Shown: positions 48,490-57,078 of the stretch, in pieces
Layout: every line of letters begins with the position of its first letter
Position numbering within the stretch: the first letter of the stretch is position 1
IMG/VR virus record: IMGVR_UViG_3300021400_000252
From: a virus
Lineage: Duplodnaviria; Caudoviricetes
DNA: 64,000 bases
Reading direction: 5' to 3' (one strand)
Program-made: the position numbers and the translations under genes
The notes under the pieces: model-generated
What the model saw: only the letters and a program-made list of their open reading frames with translations
Database searches by the model: none
What the model was told of the DNA's origin: nothing

Positions 48490-50874
48490 ATGGCTATAAA
48501 TTATTTTAAAAGTGATAATGTAGAAGTTTATCCTTCAGCATATAGAGGAACATATAAAAAAGATAATGAATTATATACTTATAATGTTGAAAGTTCAATT
48601 TATACAGAAGTAAATCATACATTATTCTCACATATTAATAAAGATACTTACATTATTACTGATCCAGATAAAGTCTCAAAAAATAATCCACTTGAAGTAT
48701 TGATTCATGGATATTATTTTAAAATACTTAATCCAAGTGAGCTTTTTGATACAACAGGTAAATTCAATATTAGTTATTTAGGTATTAGAACTAAGTTAGT
48801 TCCTATTGGTACAGATCAAAATAGTACAATTTTATGTGCATTTACTAATGATACTAATGTTGATAGTACTGGAACATTAGATGTAGCAAATGGTGATTTT
48901 GTCGGACTAGCTTATTCAAAAGATGTTAAACCTGTAGAAGGCCAATCATCTGAATATAAATACTATTTCTTAGACTTTACTACTAATGACAAAAATGAAT
49001 TATACGGTAAAATCAAAAATGTTGATTTAGAAGACGATATTATAACTACAGAAAAAATAGTTGATCAAAGTGTTACTACAGACAAATTACATGATGGTGA
49101 TATCACAACTGAAAAAGTTAAAGATGAAGCTATTACTCATGAAAAAATAGCTGATAATGCTATTGAAAATAATAATATTAAAAATAATACTATTGAAAAT
49201 GTAAAGCTTCTTAATAAAACTATTGAAGGTAATAAGATTAAAGACAGTACTATCGGTACAAGTCATATTATTGATAAAGCAGTTACTTCTAAGAAAATTG
49301 CTGAAAGTAATGTATTAACTGAGCATATCAAAGACGATAATATTACTTTTGATAAACTTGGACCTGGAGCTATTAAATATGATCCAGATAAACGTATTAT
49401 AGCTGATGATGCAATTAGAGCAAGTAATATTGCTGCTAATAGTATTATTGAAGAGAAAATTCAAAACTCAGCAGTAACAACTAAGAAAGTAAATGATAAA
49501 GCAATTACAACAGAAAAAATCGCAGATAAAGCGGTTACAAACGATAAGATTGCTCAAAGTGCAGTAAAGACTGATAATTTAGATTCTAATGCGATTATTT
49601 ATGGTGCTAAATATATTGTAAATGCTAGTGGAAATGGAAATAGATATACTCGTAGCGATAAATTATTATTTATTGACAATGGTGAAATTAAAGAAAGTAA
49701 CGTTAACATTGGTTCTGTAAATAACCCAGTATATTTAGATAATGGTATATTTAAGTCAGTTAATAGAACTGGTTCTTATTCTAAACCAATTGTTGGAATA
49801 AATGATTTAAACTATGCTTTTGTTAATGATGGTATTCAATTTAATAGTTATGCAAAAATTTATCTTTCAGGAAATAAATTATATGTAAATAGATCATTAG
49901 ATTTATCAAATAATAATATTGAAAATATTAAAAAGATTAATGTAGGTGAACTTAATGCAAATACGTTTACAGCTCAAACATTTAAAGTAAGTGGTTCTAT
50001 TATTTGTTATGGTAGTCCAAGTATTAAACTTGCAGGTGGACAAAACATTGTTTTCCAAGATGTACCAAGTGAGCATACTGGAACTAAATTATTTATTAAG
50101 ACAAATAATAATGGAATAAAACTATCTGCAGAACATTATGCTTATAATCCTAGTTCATGTTCTAGTACAAAAGATACAGAAAATTATTTATGGTTAACAA
50201 AAGATTATACTCAGTTAAATAAAAAATTATGTGGTACTGGAAGTCTTATTCTAACAAACTCTAGTTCTGAATCTTCTCGAATAACACTAAATAGTTCAGA
50301 TATTAGTATTAAAACTGATACTATAGTTTTGAATAATGATACTAAGATTTCAAATGGTAGAGTTCGATTCATTAAAACTCCTTACTTTAACAAAGGTATA
50401 TATTCTGATACTTTTGACCTAACATATTCTTGATGGTCAAATCTTTGAAAATATAGTGATTATTATTATAATAGTTCTCTATTACAGGATATAGTTGCAA
50501 ACACAATACATGATCGTGGATATACATCCAGTACATTAATATTAATAGAAGGAGTTGTTTACTTTAACTTAAGTTATCATGATAGTGATCAACTTCGAAG
50601 AAGAATCGGTATACCATTTGCAATAAGTGCTTACTATTATAGTAATGGAAATTATGTTGATAAACTTCCTGATTCTTATGATCAGAGTTATGTTGCTGTT
50701 GCAAATCTAGATTATTTATTAGGATGGGATAAAGATAATGGAGGTATTTATCTAGAAATCGAAAATAGAGAATTTAGACTTAGAGGATTTAAAGGACAAG
50801 GAAGCAATAACGAAGTATTTCAATATATCGATAAGCCTGGAATCATTATTTCTAGAATTAGTACATTACATTAA
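48490..50874 (+). CDS. Tail fibre / receptor-binding protein (794 aa; TGA=Trp at 50431, 50446)
   Basis: Decapeptide (A/S)(I/V)TTxKIxD repeats; frame stays open for 147 codons from the first TGA. Confidence 0.75.
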
Positions 50875-50906
50875 TATTTAATTAAACTTAAATATAAATA
50901 TTATTT

Positions 50907-50942
50907 AAAAGAGATAATATCTAATATATATTATCTCTTTTT
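50907..50942 (+). terminator. Intrinsic terminator ending virion module
   Basis: AAAAGAGATAATAT...ATATTATCTCTTTT. Confidence 0.75.
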
Positions 50943-51056
50943 ATTTTTTATAAAATTAAATAAAAAATTTTATAAAAAATATATAAATATTATATAAATA
51001 TATACTATAATAATGTATAATATAATAGAGATATAATATATAAGGAGTTTTATTAT

Positions 51057-51344
51057 ATGGAAAATAAATTTATAAAAATTACTTGTCCACATTGCGGAGC
51101 AGAATATACTTTAGATGAAATTTATCTTTCTAAATATTTAACAGGAACTTCTAATACTGTAGTTAAAAATGCTTTAGGAAAGATTTTAGCTGTAGATTAT
51201 GATGAAGAACCAGATTTATCAGAACAATATATTTGTGATTATTGTAATAAAGAATTCAATGTAGATTTAGAAATTAAAGTAAAGACTGAAGATGTTGAAG
51301 AAGAAGTTAACTTTACATCTACAGAACCAGTTTCATTATTCTAA
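51057..51344 (+). CDS. Small zinc-ribbon protein
   Basis: CPHC and CDYC. Confidence 0.7.
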   Translation: MENKFIKITCPHCGAEYTLDEIYLSKYLTGTSNTVVKNALGKILAVDYDEEPDLSEQYICDYCNKEFNVDLEIKVKTEDVEEEVNFTSTEPVSLF

Positions 51345-51643
51345 TGATTTATATTACAGAATTAAGACCACCTAAGAAATTAAGTGGAAAATCTTCATTT
51401 TTAATAAAGTATAGTAAATATGTACCAGAATTATTATCATTAATATTTAGTTATAATAAAGTTAAACCATATTATTATTTTGAAAAAGCACATGAATGGG
51501 AAATAAGTTGTGTTAATTTAAAAGAATTTATGGATGAAGCTATTAAATATGATGATATAACTCTAACATTAGTAAAAGATGAACCGACTTTAATTAAGTC
51601 TGATATGCCATCATGGTTAATATATTTCTTAAATAAATTTTAA
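51344..51643 (+). CDS. Hypothetical protein (possibly HARP-like helicase partner)
   Basis: 99 aa; YYFEKAHEWEI; precedes SNF2 helicase. Confidence 0.55.
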   Translation: MIYITELRPPKKLSGKSSFLIKYSKYVPELLSLIFSYNKVKPYYYFEKAHEWEISCVNLKEFMDEAIKYDDITLTLVKDEPTLIKSDMPSWLIYFLNKF

Positions 51644-51654
51644 AAGAGTTAAAT

Positions 51655-53367
51655 ATGATAGAATTATTTTATAAATATAAAGATATAGATAATAATTTAA
51701 TCTTTGAATTAAAATATAATAAAAATTTAATATATAATTCTTTAGAAATTAAACCAGGTGAAAATATTATTTCTCAAACTAATATTAATAATTTTTTATT
51801 TGCACTTTTAAATGAAGATGACTTAAAACTTTATTATAATAATGATAAATTTGTTATTTTAGAAAAAGAAAAATATAAATATTCAATTAAACATAAAGAA
51901 TTAGAACAATTAAATTTTAAACCATTTCCACATCAAGTAGATGCTTTTAATTATCATGTTAAACATAAACAGTGGTTATTATTAGATAGTATGGGATTAG
52001 GTAAAACTCTAGAAATAATTGGTGCAGCTGAACTTCTTTATAAAAGAGGTCTTATAGAGCATTGTTTAATTATTTGTGGAGTAAATTCAATTAAAGAAAA
52101 CTGGTTAAATGAAATCAATAAATATAGTTCTTTATCTGGCATAATTCTTGGACGTAAAGTTAGTAAGAATGGTAAAGTAAGTTATCGTTCGGTAAAAGAA
52201 TGTGTAGAAATTTTAAAGCATCCTATTGATGAGTTTTTTGTCATTACCAATATTGAAAAATTAAGAGGTGGAGGCAAAAAAGGAAAAGATAAAGAAAAAG
52301 ACTTAACTACAGCTTTATTAAAAGGAAAAAATGATTTTGGAATGATCGTTGTAGATGAGATTCATAGAACTAATAATAAAAAATCTCAACAAGGTGCTCA
52401 TTTATTAAAATTATCTTCTGAATATATGGTTGGAGTTACTGGTACTTTAATTACAAATAATCCTATTAGTGCTTATTTACCTTTAGTTTTTACTAAGAAC
52501 GATAATTCTATTTTAACTACTTATAGACCTCAATACGAGATTAAAGATGCAGATGATAGAGTTATTGGATATCAAAATCTAGATGTATTAAGAGAAGAGG
52601 TTGAGAGTTGTTCATTAAGACGAACTCTACCTCAAATTAGATCTGATATGCCTGGTAAATTTATTGAATATGAATATATTGAAATGGAACCTGACCATAA
52701 GAAATTTTATGATGAAATTGTAGATGGAATTGGAACTCAAGTTAACTTAATTAATTTAGAAACTTCTAATTTATTAGCACTAACAACTAGACTTCGTCAA
52801 GCATCTGTAGATCCATCTATTTTATCTTCTAATGACATAAAATCGTCAAAAATTTTGCGTTGTTTAGACTTGGTTGAAGAAATACTCAGTCAAGGTGAAA
52901 AAGTCGTTATAATGTCAAATTTTATTCAACCAATAAAGACATTAAGTGAAGCTTTAAAAGAATATAAACCACTATTAATCTTAGGTGAATTAAGTGCAGG
53001 CGAGCGTCAACGTAATAATAATTTATTTCAAGAAAATGATGATTATAAAATAATTATGGGTACACATCAAGCAATGGGTACTGGCTTAACATTTAATTCT
53101 TCAATGTATTTAATTATGTTAGATACTCCTTGGACTTATTCTTCTTTTGATCAATCTTGTGATAGAATTTATAGAGTAAATAATACAAGACCAGCATTTA
53201 TTAAAGTCTTAGAAAATATTGGAACTATCGATACTAAGATTCATGAAATACTAGATGAAAAGAAAGAATATGAAGATTATATAGTTGATGGAAAAGAAAA
53301 GACTGTTGATAAAGTTCAATTAGAGTCCCAAAGAGAATTATTCTTACGTTTATTATCAGAAAATTAA
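51655..53367 (+). CDS. SNF2-family helicase
   Basis: DSMGLGKT, IVVDEIH, TGTLITN, GTGLTF, QSCDRIYR. Confidence 0.9.
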   Translation: MIELFYKYKDIDNNLIFELKYNKNLIYNSLEIKPGENIISQTNINNFLFALLNEDDLKLYYNNDKFVILEKEKYKYSIKHKELEQLNFKPFPHQVDAFNYHVKHKQWLLLDSMGLGKTLEIIGAAELLYKRGLIEHCLIICGVNSIKENWLNEINKYSSLSGIILGRKVSKNGKVSYRSVKECVEILKHPIDEFFVITNIEKLRGGGKKGKDKEKDLTTALLKGKNDFGMIVVDEIHRTNNKKSQQGAHLLKLSSEYMVGVTGTLITNNPISAYLPLVFTKNDNSILTTYRPQYEIKDADDRVIGYQNLDVLREEVESCSLRRTLPQIRSDMPGKFIEYEYIEMEPDHKKFYDEIVDGIGTQVNLINLETSNLLALTTRLRQASVDPSILSSNDIKSSKILRCLDLVEEILSQGEKVVIMSNFIQPIKTLSEALKEYKPLLILGELSAGERQRNNNLFQENDDYKIIMGTHQAMGTGLTFNSSMYLIMLDTPWTYSSFDQSCDRIYRVNNTRPAFIKVLENIGTIDTKIHEILDEKKEYEDYIVDGKEKTVDKVQLESQRELFLRLLSEN

Positions 53368-53414
53368 TTTTTTCATTTGTATTATAAATTGTACTAGTTA
53401 AGAGAGGTGAAACT

Positions 53415-54002
53415 ATGTTAAATTATTTTAAAGAACAAATGTCTATAATTGAAAAGTCTTTAGAATCTTTATCTGAAGAGAACTTCAATGACATTTTAAA
53501 TCAAGCTGAAACCTGTATTAAAAATGGTGGAAAGCTAGTATTTTCAGGATTAGGAAAAAATGTTCCAATCTGTGAAAAGATTGTAGGTACTTGTACTTCA
53601 TTAAGTATTCCAGCTGTATTTATGCATACTAATACAGCAATGCATGGTGATTTAGGTTATATTGGTAAGAAAGATCTAGTTTTTGTCTTATCAAAGAGCG
53701 GTAATACTGCAGAGTCTATTTTACTTGCAAATTATTTAAATCAACGTGGCGATAGAGCTATAGCTGTTACTTTTAATAAGGACAGTTTATTAAATAAGAC
53801 TTTAAGTACTAATCTTACTTTAGAGTTAGAACATGAAGGCGATAATTGGAATATTGTTCCTAATGCGTCAAGTTCAACTTATTTAATTTTACTTCAAGGT
53901 TTAGCATTACAATTAGCTGATAGACTTGGAATTACATTAGTTGATTTTAAGTATAATCACCCAGGTGGAGCTATTGGAAGCATTCTAAAGGATGTAAAAT
54001 AA
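53415..54002 (+). CDS. SIS-domain sugar-phosphate isomerase (KdsD/KpsF-like, no CBS domains)
   Basis: SGLGKN, AMHGDLG, SKSGNT, HPGGAIG. Confidence 0.87.
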   Translation: MLNYFKEQMSIIEKSLESLSEENFNDILNQAETCIKNGGKLVFSGLGKNVPICEKIVGTCTSLSIPAVFMHTNTAMHGDLGYIGKKDLVFVLSKSGNTAESILLANYLNQRGDRAIAVTFNKDSLLNKTLSTNLTLELEHEGDNWNIVPNASSSTYLILLQGLALQLADRLGITLVDFKYNHPGGAIGSILKDVK

Positions 54003-54054
54003 TTGCTAAATTTTTAACATAGGCTTTGTATTATTACATTGTCTATGTTCTCTT

Positions 54055-54150
54055 AGGGGCTTGGTGTAACGGCAGCACAGCGGTCTTCAAAACCGTAAAA
54101 GGCCGAGTCCAAACCGGCCGGTGCGGGTTCGAATCCTGCAGCCCCTGCCA
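54055..54150 (+). tRNA. tRNA-Trp(TCA), UGA-decoding, long extra arm
   Basis: AGGGGCT/AGCCCCT-G-CCA acceptor, GCGGT-CT TCA AA-ACCGT anticodon arm, GGTTCGAATCC T arm. Confidence 0.92.
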
Positions 54151-54171
54151 GAACAAATAAAAAGTTAGGAG

Positions 54172-54804
54172 ATGATTCTAATGAGTTACTGTAAGAGATG
54201 TTATCTCGAAAAGATTAACCCAGAAGCAAGACAAGAAAACTTTATTTATTTTGAAGAACCAGGTAAGTGTGAATGCTGTGGTAAAACACGTTTATTAGTT
54301 GATTCTTATGAAAATGATGAAGATTATATGTCGATTGCAGAGTGTAATGAAGAAACAAGAAAGCATATTGCTATGGTACAATATTACATTAAATTAATTA
54401 CTGATGAATTAACTCAAAGAGGTATTGACCATGATGCATCTAAATTAGTTTCACCAGAAGTAGAGATTTTTGCTAAGAATACTAAAAAGTTAGCAAGATT
54501 AAAATTCCAAAATGAAAATGGTGAAATGAGTGAAGAATATAAACAAAGTCTAGAAAATATTAGTGAAGCAACAGCACATCACTATGCAGTTAATAGACAT
54601 CACCCAGAACATTATCCTGATGGAATTAATGGAATGGATCTAGTAGATATCTGTGAAATGTTAGCTGACTGGAAGGCTGCTTCATTAAGACAACATGATG
54701 GAAATCTATTAAAGTCTATTGAAGCAAATGCTAAGAGATTTGGAATTAGTCCACAATTAACTAAAATTTTGGTAAATACTGCAAAATTAATTGATAGAAA
54801 TTAA
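54172..54804 (+). CDS. HD-like protein (DUF5662-like) with N-terminal Cys motif
   Basis: HDASK, HHYAVNRHHPEHY, EMLADW. Confidence 0.72.
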   Translation: MILMSYCKRCYLEKINPEARQENFIYFEEPGKCECCGKTRLLVDSYENDEDYMSIAECNEETRKHIAMVQYYIKLITDELTQRGIDHDASKLVSPEVEIFAKNTKKLARLKFQNENGEMSEEYKQSLENISEATAHHYAVNRHHPEHYPDGINGMDLVDICEMLADWKAASLRQHDGNLLKSIEANAKRFGISPQLTKILVNTAKLIDRN

Positions 54805-54831
54805 AAAATTATAAAAAATTTCAAAAAAGTA

Positions 54832-54860
54832 TTTACAAATTTAAGATTTTGTTGTATATT
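54832..54860 (+). promoter_or_regulatory. Sigma70/SigA-type promoter
   Basis: TTTACA-17 nt-TATATT. Confidence 0.6.
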
Positions 54861-54914
54861 AGTAGTGAAGTTAATCAAAAACTTCAAAAAATTAAAAAAT
54901 TTTTAAAAAATATA

Positions 54915-54943
54915 TTTACAAAATCAAAAATTTATTGTATAAT
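54915..54943 (+). promoter_or_regulatory. Sigma70/SigA-type promoter
   Basis: TTTACA-17 nt-TATAAT. Confidence 0.75.
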
Positions 54944-55070
54944 ATAAATGTAAAATGATTTGGTGCTAGTAAGTTCGGAACTAGCTAAGTGGAAAAACCT
55001 AAGTCTCGGCCAAATTTATTTATATTATATGAAAAAATTTAAAAAATATTGTATAATATAAAGTAAACAA

Positions 55071-55704
55071 TTAAATATGCTTAATAATGATTACCTATTA
55101 CCCTAGTGAATGACCGTTTGTTACGGTGCTAGGATAGCGGCTGACAAAGATTCGTAGCTTGCAAAAAATCTTCGTTCATAGACGATAGCCTATGATGGCA
55201 AGTCGATTCGGAAGTATATATTGAAATCAAACCGAACACAATCTTCAAAGAAGAATTACGATAGTCGTTAGTGTATTTGTTATTATTAGAGTTAAGACAT
55301 GATTCTTCTCGGTTCCACAATAGATGATAACCAAAAGTTATATGAATCCTAGTTAGGAATAAGCCTGGAAAACTTACTCAAACCTAGGAAAATCCACAAG
55401 GGACTTGACAGTTGAATACCTAGTAATAGGGATATAAGAGAAGTTTACATGTGAGTAGCCGTATCTGTCGAATACAAAGAAGAACAACCCTTACTTAAAA
55501 GCATGGAACTTTTATAATGATTGTAATTATTTCTGAATACTCGGTGAAAGTTAGAGGTAATGAGTCCTCTCAGTGCTAGACAGCGGTAAGAAGTTTAGAG
55601 GTAGCTCCTTTAAGCTCAGACTTATCGTCACTGTAGTCAAACAACTACCTTAATAATGAAATAAGATGAAAGTCTAATAAGTAGTTATTATTAAGCATAT
55701 TTAA
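55071..55704 (+). ncRNA. Large structured ncRNA, ROOL-like (GOLLD is the alternative)
   Basis: About 630 nt without a credible ORF, closed by a 24-bp terminal stem (55071-55094 with 55681-55704, two G-U), many internal hairpins, upstream TGTATAAT, next to tRNA array. Confidence 0.72.
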
Positions 55705-55739
55705 TAAAAAATAAAAATTTTTGAATTGCTAAAAATAAT

Positions 55740-55750
55740 TAGCTAAATTA
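55740..55750 (+). promoter_or_regulatory. Putative late promoter TAGCTAAATTA upstream of tRNA-array leader
   Basis: Repeated intergenic motif. Confidence 0.62.
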
Positions 55751-55796
55751 AGTGATATCAAATCAGATATCAACAATCTATTTAGGAGATGAAATA

Positions 55797-55931
55797 ATGA
55801 GAACAGTTTTAATGACAAATGTATCTTGGAATTTTAATAACTATGTCTCTTCAAACGTTAATCCGTTTGGTTATTTCGATGCGCCTAATGCGAATGGGTA
55901 TGATGCCGATTATAGTAATTCAAATAAATAG
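55797..55931 (+). CDS. 44-aa leader peptide of the tRNA array (not in ORF track)
   Basis: AGGAG RBS; MRTVLMTNVSWNFNNYVSSNVNPFGYFDAPNANGYDADYSNSNK. Confidence 0.78.
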   Translation: MRTVLMTNVSWNFNNYVSSNVNPFGYFDAPNANGYDADYSNSNK

Positions 55932-56034
55932 AAGTTAAGTTACTGAAAGATGTAGCTTAACAAAAATTAAGCTACAATGAATAAAAGTATCAGTAACAGT
56001 TCCATAGATTGTTTTACATATATTCCCTTTGTTC

Positions 56035-56066
56035 AACGTAGCTAGATGGTTACGTTTTTTATTTTT
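56035..56066 (+). terminator. Attenuator-like terminator between leader and tRNA array
   Basis: AACGTAGCT-AGAT-GGTTACGTT plus T-run; competing upstream helices. Confidence 0.7.
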
Positions 56067-56137
56067 ATTAATATCTTACCGTTAGCTCCTCGGTTTTGAG
56101 CTTCGATCCGTTGTACGTTAAGCCTCGGTAATCCCAT

Positions 56138-56213
56138 GGGGTTGTAGCTCAGTTGGGAGAGCGCTAGCTTTGCAAGCTAGATGTCGCGAGTTCGAGCCTC
56201 GTCTTCTCCACCA
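56138..56213 (+). tRNA. tRNA-Ala(TGC)
   Basis: Cloverleaf, G3-U70, CCA; two T-T mismatches in acceptor stem. Confidence 0.9.
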
Positions 56214-56289
56214 GGGACCGCATGTTCTGAGATAGCGAGACAGTTTTGCAAACTGACTGTTGTGGGTTTGACTCCCACCGGCTCCACCA
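56214..56289 (+). tRNA. Atypical tRNA-Ala(TGC)
   Basis: G3-U70, loop TT TGC AA, T loop TTTGACT, divergent D arm, CCA. Confidence 0.7.
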
Positions 56290-56307
56290 CTAAAATTTAA
56301 TAACATA

Positions 56308-56367
56308 GAGCCTATACTTATTTCTAAAATCTAATAAAGTTCTTTGGGTGAATATAATAGTTAGGCC
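56308..56367 (+). ncRNA. Bulged-stem repeat RNA, copy 1
   Basis: GAG-CCTA-T-ACT-TATTTC...T-AGT-TAGG-CC. Confidence 0.68.
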
Positions 56368-56375
56368 AAGTTAAT

Positions 56376-56452
56376 GGGGGCTTAGCTCAGCTGGTTAGAG
56401 CAGTGGACTGTTAATCCACGTGTCGCAAGTTCGAATCTTGCAGTCCCCGCCA
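56376..56452 (+). tRNA. tRNA-Asn(GTT)
   Basis: Canonical cloverleaf, CCA. Confidence 0.95.
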
Positions 56453-56468
56453 ATAATTAAATATTAAT

Positions 56469-56561
56469 GTCGAGTTGGCAGAGTCTGGTTTATTGCGACG
56501 GTCTTGAAAACCGTTGACGGTGATGAGCCGTCCGTGGGTTCGAATCCTACACTCGACGCCA
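56469..56561 (+). tRNA. tRNA-Ser(TGA)
   Basis: Cloverleaf with long variable arm, G73, CCA. Confidence 0.93.
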
Positions 56562-56660
56562 TAGGTATGCTAGTGGTACCTATATGCGTGGTTTGTTAAG
56601 GGGTTTGTTAACAAGCATACAAAAATAACTAGTTCATGAAAATCAAATTCCACCGTATTT

Positions 56661-56736
56661 GCTCCGTTACGTCAACTGGGAGACTACAATCCCTACAAGA
56701 TTGTGGCTGTAGGTTCGAGTCCTGCACGGAGCACCA
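56661..56736 (+). tRNA. tRNA-Val(TAC), C33 variant
   Basis: CAATC-CC TAC AA-GATTG, canonical T arm, CCA. Confidence 0.85.
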
Positions 56737-56765
56737 TTAAAAATATTAAAGAAGGAGTTAAAGCG

Positions 56766-56843
56766 ATGTTTATCTTAAGTACACGATTTAGCAGCTTAAA
56801 ATTTAATACTTATATAAATGCCGCTTTAGCTGAAATAGATTAG
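56766..56843 (+). CDS. 25-aa Phe-codon leader peptide overlapping atypical tRNA-Phe
   Basis: AAGGAG RBS; MFILSTRFSSLKFNTYINAALAEID. Confidence 0.58.
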   Translation: MFILSTRFSSLKFNTYINAALAEID

Positions 56844-56894
56844 CACTAGGTTGAAGCCCTAGGGATGTTGGAGCATTACCAACAGGCGGCACCA
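56820..56894 (+). tRNA. Atypical tRNA-Phe(GAA), AGCATTA T loop
   Basis: All four stems pair; loop TT GAA GC; CCA. Confidence 0.75.
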
Positions 56895-56899
56895 TATAT

Positions 56900-56975
56900 G
56901 GACAGTTGGCATATGTGGTCTGTGCGCTAGTCTGAAGAACTAGATATCTTGGTTCGATTCCAAGACTGTCCACCA
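56900..56975 (+). tRNA. tRNA-Phe(GAA)
   Basis: Cloverleaf, loop CT GAA GA, CCA. Confidence 0.92.
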
Positions 56976-56983
56976 ACTTAAAT

Positions 56984-57060
56984 CCGGATTTAGCTCAGCT
57001 TGGTAGAGCACTTGGCCTGGGACCAAGGGGTCAGAGGTTCGAATCCTCTAATCCGGACCA
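56984..57060 (+). tRNA. tRNA-Pro(TGG), C33 variant
   Basis: C1-G72, loop CC TGG GA, CCA. Confidence 0.9.
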
Positions 57061-57078
57061 CTAAAAATTAAATAATTA

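Noticed and set aside
13552-50433. Fragmented structural ORFs as pseudogenes or sequencing errors
   Set aside because: Apart from the chaperone shift, every break is an in-frame TGA (never TAA/TAG), conserved motifs continue across it, and a UCA tRNA is present
10061-50449. Purine bias after recoded TGA as a read-through context
   Set aside because: Explained by ordinary first-codon-position purine bias
50875-51056. Replication origin in the near-pure AT spacer
   Set aside because: Accounted for by a terminator plus promoter; no iterons or skew evidence available
54055-54150. tRNA-Sec / selenoprotein reading, or TGA=Gly (code 25)
   Set aside because: 7-bp acceptor with A1-U72 and G73 is Trp-like; TGAs fall at Trp positions, not Cys or Gly; no sel genes seen
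56076-56136. tRNA-like remnant (TTACCG/CGGTAA with a D-like arm)
   Set aside because: No credible anticodon or T arm
56567-56599. Val-rich micro-ORF MLVVPICVVC before tRNA-Val
   Set aside because: Fits the leader theme but has no properly spaced RBS and is too short to distinguish from chance
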